DNA of 63,110 nucleotides, filler included, from Reticulomyxa filosa (GCA_000512085.1; 19 parts of 19 records of this genome joined end to end with filler, not necessarily neighbours in it); one strand, 5' to 3'. Shown: positions 1 through 11,898, counted from the whole stretch's first letter. Program-made: numbers and translations. The notes: generated by a model not told the origin, from the letters alone.

Positions 1-36
<36 letters not shown>

Positions 37-714
37 GTTGGTTTATTTGTTTGTTTAAAACAAATCAATTTTTTATTTTCGTTTTAGTTTATCCCGAATA
101 TGCGCCGAACACGGTCCAGTCCAATTTTTTTTACCAAGTTAATCCACAATTTGTTTGTCGTCCGAAAAACAAAAATATTTCAAAAGCAAAGAACAAATCA
201 CACCAACAAACAAAAGACAGAATTGGCAAGAATATTTGTCCTTATCTCTGGATGCTCACCAATACTTAAATATCAAGATTTCACCTTTTTCAAAAAGGAT
301 GTGATTTTTCAATCGAGAAGTGACGCCAAACGCCTAAACACAAAAAATTGAAGCTATTATGGAATTATGTTGAGGTCTTGAAATTTCTTTTGTCCCTTTC
401 TCTCTCCTCCCTGTGCAACATTTTACTGCACCTTTCTTTTCTTTTCAGAAGAAATGTGGCTTGTCACTCGTCTTATTTTTAGCTACTTTTTAAAAATTAT
501 CTTTACAAAATACAAATTTAAACTGGAAACATGATATCGGTAGCACGCCCCCCAACGCGGCTAGTCCAAAAGAAAATAAGACTAATTAGTAGCTTTTAAC
601 CATAATTATAGATCTTACAAACAACACACGAAGCATATTCAAAAGTTTGTATGTTGCAGCAAAGGGAGAGTAAAAAAGTGTTTTTTTTGCGAAAAAGTTG
701 GAAAAAAGGGTAAA

Positions 715-2063
715 ATGGATATAGAAATAAAACCAGAACAACAAATAAAATATGTGATATTAGGAGCACATTGCAGTGGCAAAAGCGCGCTGTTCCAGCA
801 GTTGCGATTGTTATCAGATCCAGCTTGTGAATTTCGAAAAGAGGAGCTAAGGACAACAGCACGAGCGACAATAGTGAAAGGGTTGAGAGAGTTGACGGAA
901 GAGATGGAGCAAATGCAATGCACGAGCGAAAAACTCGAAAGAGCAAAGGAGGTATTACAACAAAAGGAAGGACCAGCGGGGCATTTAATAACAAGAGAAG
1001 AGAGTGAGAAATTGGAAGAATTTTGGAAGGACAAAGATGTGCAGCAGATAGTGAAAGAGAAGCGAAAGAAAGGAGTAATAAATATTTGTGGTGTGAACAA
1101 CTTTGAGTACTTAATGAATTCAATCCAACGATATTGTTCAGAGCAGTCTAGTGACAGCATCATGACTACGGAGGATGCATTGAATATTTATAACAAAAAT
1201 GCAAGCTTTGAGCAAACCACCGCCAGAGTGCAGGACGCAAAAGATAAATCGTCTTTTCAGACCGAAGTGTACTGTCATGTCGGCGGCGCAAGAACTGTCC
1301 GCAAAAAATGGATCCATTATTTCGATGACGTATCTGTTCTGCTTTTTGTGGCCGACAGTGTTTCCATCAATCAAGACTTGCTCGAAGACCCTAGCACTCT
1401 CAAATTTTTCGATGAATTTGATTTATTCAATCAACTTGCTCCTTCAAGGTTTTTTTTTTTTTTTTTAAAAAAAAATAGTTAATATATATGTATACATATA
1501 TATGTACGTATACATAAATTACACGTATACAATGAAAAAGATGGTTCACGAAAACGGTGAAAGTGGTGCTATTGAATAAATGTGACGAATTGGCTCGCCT
1601 TTGCAGAGATGGTACAATGGACTGGGAAAAGATAAAGTTGAAGATGAAGGAACATTTGGAGAAGATGGAGAGCAAATATCGCAGGGAATTGGAAAGCAAA
1701 TATCTCAATGATCAAAAGACGTCCATGACTTTTGATGAAATGATCGAGTTTTATACTTTATGCTATCAGTGCTTGTATGACTTTGGCTGCTCCACTGTCG
1801 ATCCGCAAGCACAACAATTACTGATCTTTTTGACCACTTTGAATGTGTCTCCGCAACAATTCCAAAATGATCTCGTCATCACGCAAGCCACGACAAGACG
1901 TGTCATCAATCTATGGCTCCAAACTTCCATTGAGCAGACTGTTCATATGAATCTCAAAGATATCGTTTCTATCGTCATTCTCTATTGTCGAATCCCTCTC
2001 TCTTCCGTCTCTGATATCATCACAGAGGTTCGAAAAAAAGTTAATGCTCTTCGCAGTCGCTAA
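715..2063 (+). CDS. Divergent heterotrimeric G-protein alpha subunit-like protein (intron 1449-1540)
   Basis: P-loop ILGAHCSGKS and switch II-like HVGGARTVRKKWIHYFDDVSVLLFV. Splicing GT1449..AG1540 gives SRWFTKTVKVVLLNKCD (G4 NKxD) and joins the two ORFs. Confidence 0.85.
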
Positions 2064-2671
2064 GCTTTGTATTGATTGAAGCGCTCCTACTCTTAATTCT
2101 CTGCATATACAAAAATGATTGTACACATTTCTTTCTTTTTCCGATATAATCTCGTTTTTTTTTTTTTAAAATTCCTAATTTTAGGGAAAAACGAAACAAC
2201 TTTATTCATCATCAAAAAATTTCCATTAACATGTATTCTCAAACTTTCTTCGTGATGCATTTTTTTAATAAATAGACATTTCGCTTGTTTGACAAACAAA
2301 GCCCTTTGCTATGTTTTTAAAAATGTTTATAAGGGAATTAACCTTGATATGTACGTGACCACTAAAATCAGAAGGAACTTTGAGATATTTTTTTTTCTTT
2401 GCAGAGAAGGTCAAACCGCGCTTGCACAAAAATGCATCTCTGCAATAACAACAAAACAAATAGCAAAGAAGTACGCAGAAAAAAGATAAATAAAAACAAG
2501 ACGTGAAAACACCAAAGAGTATTTGAACATGTTTTTTTTTAGTTCTATGAAACAACAAGCCGGAAGAGCCCCTTTAGTTTTTTAAAAGAAGGGGAGTTTA
2601 TGAGTTCCTTTTTTAATTTTTGTTCGTTCTTTCTGGTTTTTTCAAGTGTCGTTTAGTTTGTTAAAAATAAA

Positions 2672-2790
2672 ATGAGAGAAGTTTTCACAATTGATGTCGG
2701 CCAAGCCTGCATACAATTAGGAAATGCTATCTATAAACAATACTGTGCTTAGCACTGAACTGATGATAATAACAAAAGAAAATAGAACTC
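2672..2790 (+). pseudogene. Alpha-tubulin (type 2) 5' fragment with in-frame stops
   Basis: ATG at 2672 reads MREVFTIDVGQACIQLGNAIYKQYCA*H*TDDNNKRK*N, colinear with the N-terminus of the alpha2-tubulin at 16882. Confidence 0.85.
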
Positions 2791-3479
2791 AGGAATTATT
2801 GAGTCGCGATTGCGCTGACCTGGTGGTACTCTCCGAGTTCTACAAAAGTATGTTTTTGGTTTATCTTTTGAAATATCAACTGTATCGAGTAAAACTTTAT
2901 TCTACGTATGTACGACTTTGCAAAATGAGATCGATTAGTCATATCTCTTAGTGTGTTTCAAAGTATGTATTTTTCATACAAGAACGAAACAAGCATATTC
3001 TTTTAGTGTGAAAAGAGTAGATTATTTTAGAACCATTCAGGTCTTTCTACGACACTACTACACCAATAGGAACAGTAATAAGTAAAAAAAATTAGTGTTT
3101 TTTCAGTCAATCTCAAGTGTAATATATACTGTTATTTATTGTTTTTTTTAAAATGTAGTACATGGGAACAAATGATTCAAAATTTTGTTTTCATCTCTAG
3201 AAAAGAAAAATAAGACAAAAAATTTTGTTGAGAATTTTGTAAAATTACAACTACATTGCCGAAATTCATTTTTTCAATCTTCGTTCATTATTTTTCAAAA
3301 AACAGAGAATAATGTTAGTTTCAACAAAACTTGCATTTATTTGATTTTGGTGAGTTGATTCTTGTTTTTATTTTTACCTATGTTGTTTATGTTTCTTTTT
3401 TTCATGTTTGTGGATTGTTAAAGATCTCCAATATAAAAATCCTGCATTAAATTAATTATATATTTTGAATGAAATACAA

Positions 3480-3640
3480 GATTAAAACTCATAGAGATAT
3501 CTTGTCCTGCTTTGTTCAATAATTGCCTAATCTTACTTCATTTTTTTTAATAAATAATTTTTATAATTTTTTATATCATCAACTATTATCCATGCATCAT
3601 TTTTTATTGTGATCTTTCACATCAGCCCCTTTAACGATTC
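3480..3640 (-). pseudogene. Degraded cytochrome b5-like heme-binding domain fragment
   Basis: Minus-strand pieces DVKDHNKK / NDAWIIVDD / QLLNKAGQDISMSF lie in shifting frames; the HPGG motif is missing. Confidence 0.4.
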
Positions 3641-4743
3641 TATCTATATAGTAGGAGCTTCTCATACAGTGTGTTACTTATTAGTCCTTTCAGGCTTTAA
3701 TTCTACTTTTTTAATATCATAACATATTTGAAATTTTCGACAATGAAATGATGTTTTTTGTTATTGATCTGATAAATTTGATTCTTATGGAATACAAATC
3801 TCTAGATCAATCATGTATACCTAATGATTAGGCCAGATCATTATTCAAGAAAACGCATATGTAGCAACAAAATTACTCTTTTTTTCCCTTGAATAAGTGA
3901 TGAATGGAAAAGAACAATTACAAAGTGCTTTCTTAATATTTTTTATTGATTTGACATTAAAACATTTTTTTGAAATTTACAACTACAACACGATATTTTT
4001 CATTTGAAATTGATATTTGTATTTTTTTAATATCAAACTATTTCAAGAAATGATTTCAAGAGCAATATTATTTTGTCATACAAAACCTAAAAAAAAGAAG
4101 TGTAATGTATGTAGTGTAAATGATTAATCATCTTCTGTTGCCGATCCAATATGATAAATGTAAAAAAAAATAAATATATAAATAGAATACACTTGATCGA
4201 TCAACATTTATGTAATTTTTATTTATCAAGATATACTTTAAATTTGTATTTATATATCCGGTTTGTGTCACATTCATGACACTTCTTATAATTATTTTTT
4301 AATACATATAATTGATCAGTATTTGCTAATGAAATTTAGGTTAGAAATTGTTTCTCAAATTAATCATTGAAAAAAATTACTTTAGTTATTAGTTATTTAT
4401 TGTTTTAAAAAAATTGTTGAGTGAAACATTGACAAAAGATCGATCTATTTTCATGTTCATTCTATATAAAAAAAATAGAAAAATGCATACATTGTCTCAA
4501 TACGTAATTACTACTTTGTTGTGAACAATGTTTCATTTTTTTTATGATGAATAAGATCCTTTTAAGTATTGTAAAAAAAACATGGTTTTGGCAGTAAGTC
4601 TGGGCCTAGTTTGAAAGATGTTATTGCAGTGCATAAGTTACCAATTCAATCGTTTTTAGAGGCGGGATACATTCAAATTCAAAAACGTAACAACTTATTT
4701 CCAAAAATCAAAACACTTTTCCTCTAATAAAAATTTTTTCTCG

Positions 4744-5043
<300 letters not shown>

Positions 5044-5045
5044 TA

Positions 5046-5145
5046 NNNNNNNNNNNNNNNNNNNNNNNNNNNNNNNNNNNNNNNNNNNNTTAATTAATTA
5101 ANNNNNNNNNNNNNNNNNNNNNNNNNNNNNNNNNNNNNNNNNNNN
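5046..5145. other. Artificial contig linker (18 copies in the window)
   Basis: N44-TTAATTAATTAA-N44, which has stops in all six frames. Copies start at 5046, 7823, 16433, 19403, 22826, 24745, 28495, 35894, 38904, 40604, 42889, 48620, 52227, 54209, 56031, 58048, 59834 and 61298. Confidence 0.99.
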
Positions 5146-7822
5146 TGTGTAAATATTTTTTTGGTGTCTCGGTTAACCTTGTCGCGTGCATGCAACACCA
5201 ATTCGGATGCTTGTGTTATCCTTTCTCTCGATATCCATGATGATGACGAGGATGATTTGCTTTCATTTGCATCCAAGAGAACAGATAAATGAAGAGCCAA
5301 TTTGGGCTGTGAATAAAACTCTGGTTTGGATCCAAATTTATCCAAGTTGTATTCAATGTAATCCAATTTGTTTGGCTTTTTTGCTCGAAATTTCCGATCA
5401 TCACTGACAGTTAAATTTCCATACATGGATGTTAATTTGATATGTAATTGTGATTTTTTCAAGGATACTTGCAATGGCAGGCAATGGAGAACAAATTGGT
5501 CATTCAAAAAAGCGATATAAATTTGTTTTTGAAGGATTAATTTGAGTCGAACGTCATATATACCATTTGGTGTGAATTCCTTTGGTAACACCAAGCTACG
5601 CACAAGTTCTTTGGAGTCATCGAGTGCATAAAAATCGCATTGCACAAGGCCGGTCGGTGTACGTTTCACTGGAGGGATAATTGCAGGACTAGCAGTAGTA
5701 ATGGTAGTAATCGACTCAGGTTCAAGAGGCTGCGTTTCTCCTTTTGTGTCTGGATGCGCATTTCCAGGTTCATTGTTTTCACCACGTGTTTGTATATTTC
5801 CTTCGGTGACTATATCGTTGTCATGATCAACCTGCATCTGTGATTGTGCTGTTACAACTTGTTCTTGTTGTTCTTTTTCTTCTTCTTGTTCTTGAGGTTT
5901 TATTCCAACAATGTATCCACCTTCCAGTGTCATCATCACTTTGGAGTATTGTTCTTTGCAAATAATTTCGCGTTCATTATTGAACAGACCAGTATCCAAA
6001 GCAATACAACGGATTGTATTTTTGTTATCCAAAATGTATAAATTACTATCTTTGTTGTCGAAGCACATACTCAGAACATAAAAGTTATCAGGTAACACTT
6101 GATCACACAAACGGACAGTTTTGTTTTTTAATTGTTGCAAAGAGTCTGTAATTCGTTCATTCCATTTGTATACGTGAATGAGTTGTCTTGCACGTTCATA
6201 CAATACCATTAAATGTTTTTGCTCACTCAGAGCGGCCAATGTTATTTTGCCTTGCAATTCTTCATTTGCTTTCTTTTTATTTAATATTTGTCGTGAGGAC
6301 AAGAAAATTCTGGTGACGCAATTTTGATTGTATTGTTCATTCCACACATCTTGTTTATCATTTTTTTTTTCCTCCTCGTTCGTGGCATCTACTGGCAGGG
6401 CATCGGACACATTTTTGTCAATGGAAACCACCAACACCATTTCATTGTTGGTCAACCCATATGCGAACACCAACTCTTCATTACCACGAATGTCAAATTC
6501 ATTGTTTTTTTGCATTACTTGTTTCAATTCCAAATGATCTGGTCTTGATTCTTGTGTGGTAAAATCACCAATGAAAACGTCAAATGTCGAATTGGCTTTA
6601 ATCTTGTTTCGATATTTCCTTTCAATTCGTTGTTATGATACTTTTCTATAACACAGGACAATGGATTACCATTATCCATTCTTTCATCCAATTTTTTCAA
6701 AAATATTTTGTTCAATTCCAACTCCCGCTGTAATCGATCATTGCGATACTTTTTCTTCAATTCGTTTTCTTGAAGGGAGACAGATTTGATTGGATCAATG
6801 CTAAGGAATATCCGCTTGTATTTTTCATAAATTTGGCCAAATCCTGCTATCAATTCTATGTGCAATGGCGAATAGTCATAGTGATCAAGTCTGCTCTCGA
6901 TTTCTTGGTTCTCTTCTTCCGTCAGCTGTGTTTCATCGCTTAGCCATGGCATACTTTTTTGGAAAAAAACCCACACACTTTCAGTGTGCGAATCCCTGGA
7001 TGTTGATTTGTTTCCATCAGACTGTTGCCTATTTTTGTTCCTTGTATTTCTACTTGATCTTGGATAGTTATTTGCAACCGATATTACTGTTTCGTTTTGT
7101 TTTACATCCTCTTCTCCTGTTTGATTGTCTTTATTCGTATCTCTTTTTTCTTTTTCAAATTGGTTTTTTACTGATTCTGAAACTTGACTAAAATTTTTTT
7201 CATACCTTCTGTACAAATTCTTAACAACTTCCCCTAGGTTTCTAAAGTCATTGTTCGAAAATGGATGATAAAGTGAAGTGTCTGGAATCCATTGAGCTAA
7301 GGCTTTGACACCATTGTCAAAATCATCTTTTGAAAAGGAGACACAATGACTAGTAGAAAAAAAGCTATTGATTTTTTCAACTGACAATTCTCTTGCTATT
7401 CCTCTCATCTCTGCAAGGTTTCTACCCTTGCATTTATAAGCAAAAAAATTGCCGAAATCAGTCTCCAACTCTAACTGTTGAGAATTGTACTGTTCTTGTG
7501 CAGATGAATGTGCCATGTTAATTTGCTTTTCATGCTCTTCGTTGATTAAGCATAATTGTCGATTAAATTCCTAATTCATGCAAAAAGGAAATATACATAC
7601 ACATATACATAAATAAATGTATGATATCACGCAATTAAATAAAAAAGAAAAATGTGGAACCTCAATCAACTCAGGACAAATGGTCTCTGCGAAAAAATAA
7701 GCTTTTTCCCATGTATCAAATGCCTCATCCCAAAGTTTTAATCGATGTGTTTGCGTGATTTTTTTAATGTAATTCATTAATTCTTCTTTGTTTGAATATT
7801 TAAATTGAGATGGATTTGATTC
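5146..7822 (-). CDS. Internal part of a very large hypothetical protein (intron 7571-7660; apparent frameshift within 6524-6630)
   Basis: Coding sequence covers the whole contig; a phase-0 GT-AG intron joins ORF 7571..7777 to ORF 6524..7516; the two long ORFs overlap in different frames. Confidence 0.7.
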
Positions 7823-8047
7823 NNNNNNNNNNNNNNNNNNNNNNNNNNNNNNNNNNNNNNNNNNNNTTAATTAATTAANNNNNNNNNNNNNNNNNNNNNN
7901 NNNNNNNNNNNNNNNNNNNNNNTTTTCAATTTACTGTATATGATATTAAATTAATAACTATTTATGCTATGTGATATAATCATATTTAGTAAGATATCAA
8001 TTAGTATATTATGCTTAGTATATTGATGTCTCACTATGTTGGATCTA

Positions 8048-8403
8048 CAATCGACGGCTAAAAAAAAGATCCCCTAAAATGAACAACTATGAAGATCCAT
8101 GTATTTCTAAATGAAAAATCAACATTTATTCAAAATTCTTTATTTAAATAATATCTGCGCGTCTAGAGAATCCAAAAATGTATTTGGCTTTTAATAAAAG
8201 TTTAGAAAACCATACAAAAAACATTAACGATTTTTATATGGTTTCATACACTTTTATTAAAAAACAAATATATTTTTGGATTCTCTAGATGTGTAGATAT
8301 TACTTAAATAAAGAATTTTGAATAAATGTTGATTTTCATTAGAAACACATGAATCTTCATAGTTGTTCATTTTAGGATAATCTTTTTTTTTAGCTATCGA
8401 TTG
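8048..8403. mobile_element. 356-bp palindromic MITE/foldback element flanked by TA
   Basis: TA|CAATCGACGGCTAAAAAAAAGATC...ATCTTTTTTTTTAGCTATCGATTG|TA. The arms are reverse-complementary up to a centre at 8225/8226. Confidence 0.8.
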
Positions 8404-8633
8404 TATTTAAAGAAGTGTAATTTGCTCTGGATTATATAGAATAAAGTTCGCCTTTATTATATTCGATTAAGCAAATTTTATGTGATTAAAGAAGAAGTTG
8501 GTCATGTTTGCACCTTATAAAGAATATTAAAATTTATATTATGCTTCAGTAAGTGAGGTTGATAAGTGTTTGTGGATTTTAATTTTTTGTTATTTTTACT
8601 ATTTTTTGAATTATGAAAAAAGTTCGCACACAA

Positions 8634-10571
8634 TTATTTTCTCATGCACACAACACAGCCTAAAGAAAACTCCTCTTTTCCATTGGGTGGATGTTCAACT
8701 CCCAAAGGACAAGAGGCACGACCAGGACACTTTGGAAGAGTGTCAATTGGAAGTTTGTTGAGATAAGTACCAGTTTCTTGTTTTTTGTGGCAAGTGTCGC
8801 AAAAGTGTGTAGATCCCCAGCAGAACCAAGTAGCAACACTGCAACAGAACTTGCATTGTAAGTGACATATTTTTTGCCGTGCATTTTGCAGGTGTTGGTG
8901 TCCGAGCCAGCGGCGCACGACCCACAAACCAAGTGTTCTTGTTTGTAGGCTTCCTCTTGTTCCATACCAGCCTCTTCACAGGCTTTCATGCCACCAAAGT
9001 AGGGTTGATTGCACTTGCTGCACATATAAAAAGCCAAGCGATCCATGGCAAATTTTTCAATGTTATTAAAATAAGCATCTTTGGGATCGTTGAGCCGCGG
9101 CGAGTTGTCCAGACCCTCAATTTTGAGTCTGTCGACGGCGTCTTTGGTGATTTGTTCTTTGAGTTGAAAGTGTTTGGTAGCAATATCGCGCATGGCCTCA
9201 TGTCGAATTTCGCGTTTGCACAGAGGACAGTTCAAGAAGCCAAACGTGATTCTGGCAGAGGGCCAACGTCGATCGACTTTGTTCCAGACGCACATGAAAT
9301 GGAAATGATGTCCACAGTCTAAGCGAATGGTGGGACCAGCTTTGAGAGGATCGACCCAGCAAATATTGCAAAACTCTTCGCTGTTGGTTGTGCTGTCAGC
9401 GTTTCCATTTGCACTTACACACGACTTGTCCAAACAAGGCAAGCAACGTCGTTCGCAACGAATGCCAATACAATTATGTCCACACTTGTCATGCACTCGG
9501 TCACATGACCACTTGCGCTTTTCCAGACAAGAGGCGTCGCTGCACACACTCGACAGACCAGGCCCGCTGCCACTTTCAGGTTTGGCCGTGTTGTCTGCCG
9601 TCAATGGTTTGTCGCAAAAGCGACACTTTTGCGCTTCTCGATAGTGCTTCCAGGTCTCGCACGTATACCCAATGTGATAAGGACTTGTCTTGCAACTCCC
9701 GCAAAATATAGTCGAACACTCCGAACATCGAAATCTCCATCGCGCTTTGTGCTTCTGCTCTTCCATGCCAATTGGCTTGCCGTCCAATCGATTCTCTTTG
9801 CTCGTGTGCTCCACCTCGCCTGTCTCCGTCACAAAGTAGTTTTTACATTGTGGACATTGCGTCATTGACGGGTCGCTACTTATCAAAAACTCTTTTTGCA
9901 TCTCTTCAATTTGCTTTTGATACAACTCACCCAAACCACTTTGGCGAATTAACCATTCTGGTAATTGCTCTTTGCAATCCTTCTTACTATGCTCATTTTG
10001 ATACTGTCCCACAAAACATCGGATCGCTTCTTTCTTCCAACGTTGACTCACAATCCCATTCAACAAATGCTTCTTCACACATCCCCCACAACACTTATGT
10101 CCACACGCTGTCTCGTATCCTTGCTCCTTCTTGCATACTTCACACATATATTCTGCCATCCAATCATTTGCTTCCTTCTTATCTGACTCGGTCTCATCCC
10201 AAGTCCCTCCATTTCCCATTGCCTTGTTCTTTGCTGCTCCTGTTGTTGCTGATCTTGTGCTGGTACATATCCCACACACCAAAGATTGCGGGGGGTTCAG
10301 AAACGTACAGTATTCGCACGCCCATAACTTTGACGACTCCTCACTTGCTCCCTTTGATGACGAACAAGGTCTGCCCCAAGATCACAACCAATACCTATCT
10401 CTCATTTGTTTTTCCCTACATAACTCTCTTCTCATTTCTTCGTGCGTACCTGCTTGCAAGTCCTGGCTTATTCGGCTGTTCTCCTTGTCCACATATCGCA
10501 CATTTTTCACTTGTCATAAAGTTTGGGCAATTGCAATAATTACATGACCATTCATGTGAAAATTCATTCAT
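8634..10571 (-). CDS. E3 ubiquitin ligase: ZnF-NZF-RING1-IBR fused to a MYCBP2/PHR-type RING-Cys-relay C-terminus (inferred intron 10371-10449; 1-nt frameshift at ~8856)
   Basis: WSCNYCNCPN..CAIC; WACEYCTFLN..CGIC; CEVC..CGHKCCGGC; CPQC..CSECSTIFCGSCKTSPYH; CNIC..LDCGHHFH..RITFGFLNCPLCK; YFGGMKACE; CKFCCSVATWFCWGSTHFC..HPPNGKEEFSLGCVVC. Confidence 0.9.
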
Positions 10572-10973
10572 TATTATTGATATATATTCAGATCTGTATC
10601 TAATACGGAGTGACAAATCAAAATGGAGGAAAAAGTTTTACTGAATAATTCTGGATGAGCCCTGAAATTTTTCCAAAGATTCCAGTATTTCAACAAGTTT
10701 TATTTTTTGTTAAATCATGCTAAAACAAGCACTAATTGCTCCTGAGTTACAAAATTGATGATAGAATTCCTTTAAAAAGTTTATGCAGCAAACATTATCT
10801 GTGACTAAAAAAAATGAATTTCTTCCAGTGAAGAGAAAGTGATTGACAACAACATTTTTGCACGAAAGGGATACAAGACAAAAGAAATACTGTGCACGCA
10901 ACAAAAAGAAAAGTGCCTTCAGATAGTAACGTGAAGAAGACACACTTCTGTGTGAGCTTTTTAAAAAATTGCG

Positions 10974-11898
10974 TCAAGTGGGCGTACGTGGTAACGATGA
11001 TATATCAATGGAACGTATGGAAAACTCAGCACTTTCATCCCAATTACTGACACAAGGGACAATTTGCTGAGGTAACTGAGTGAAAACAAGACCTAAGCTT
11101 TCCTCGTTGATCCAAATTTGACAGTTCTCCTGAACAAGATCAACACAAAAAGTGACAACAGACCCCCATGATGTGGGCTTACTAATGCGAAATTCTTGTT
11201 TTTGTTTGCCCGAGCTCCACGTCCAAAATGATGTCATAGCATCGGAAATGCCTAAACAATAGTCATTAGGCTGAAAGCCCAACCAACTGTTCCACCACCG
11301 CGACTTAGGTGAACCATCCATTATTTCCTTTTTTTTAATATGCTTTATTCCTTCTATTGCTCGTTTTCAAAAGTAACGCAAAAAAAAAAAAAGGGGTTAT
11401 TTCTTTTTAACATATTAAAAAAAGGGGAGATGAAGTTTAGGAACATACCATACTTACGTTAGCAGATTCAGCAAAAATCGGGTAATTGTCTTCAATTGGA
11501 TATGACACAAACCCAACATTGCTGGCATTTGAGATTTTGTGCAACACCAGTTCAAAGCATACATATTTTTGTTTGATCGATCTCTTTGTCATTGTGATGC
11601 AGTGATCTGCGATACAGCGGCCACTTCTGCCAACAATTCGAACAAGCGATGGATCGTTCAATAACGGAAAGTTCACCTTGTTGGTGAAGTTCTGCTGGAG
11701 CCATTTCCAGTTTTGTGGGTAAAAAGATGCTATCAATCCTGCCAACTCCTTTGGAAGCCACTTGCTTTTTTTGGAGGACTTAGCTAAGGCTACCCTAAAC
11801 AAGTTGTTCACCACCCACTCTACATGTTGTAAGTCATCCAAAAAACGGATCAAGTCAATTTCATATATTGTCGATTTGTTTGATGCCGCCTTAAGCAT
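10974..11898 (-). CDS. SPRY/B30.2-like domain protein with N-terminal F-box-like helical motif (intron 11328-11457)
   Basis: WGSVVTFCVDL..CQIWINEESLGLVFTQLPQQIVPCVS is a typical SPRY C-terminus; a phase-0 GT-AG intron joins the two ORFs. Confidence 0.65.

Noticed and set aside
535-570. GC-rich patch ending in CTAGT, like a Helitron 3' end
   Set aside because: The hairpin is weak and there is no second copy or 5' end evidence.
2672-2790. Stop-codon reassignment explaining in-frame TAG/TGA
   Set aside because: Conserved genes elsewhere have no internal stops and end in normal TAA/TGA; the fragment also has missense decay.
5046-5145. Regularly recurring TTAATTAATTAA palindrome (CRISPR- or telomere-like)
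   Set aside because: It is always embedded in identical N44 runs: a synthetic six-frame-stop contig spacer.
9772-10547. Long plus-strand ORFs opposite the E3 ligase (similar shadows at 596-1163 and 25912-27755)
   Set aside because: Antisense shadows of real genes or repeats; no motifs.
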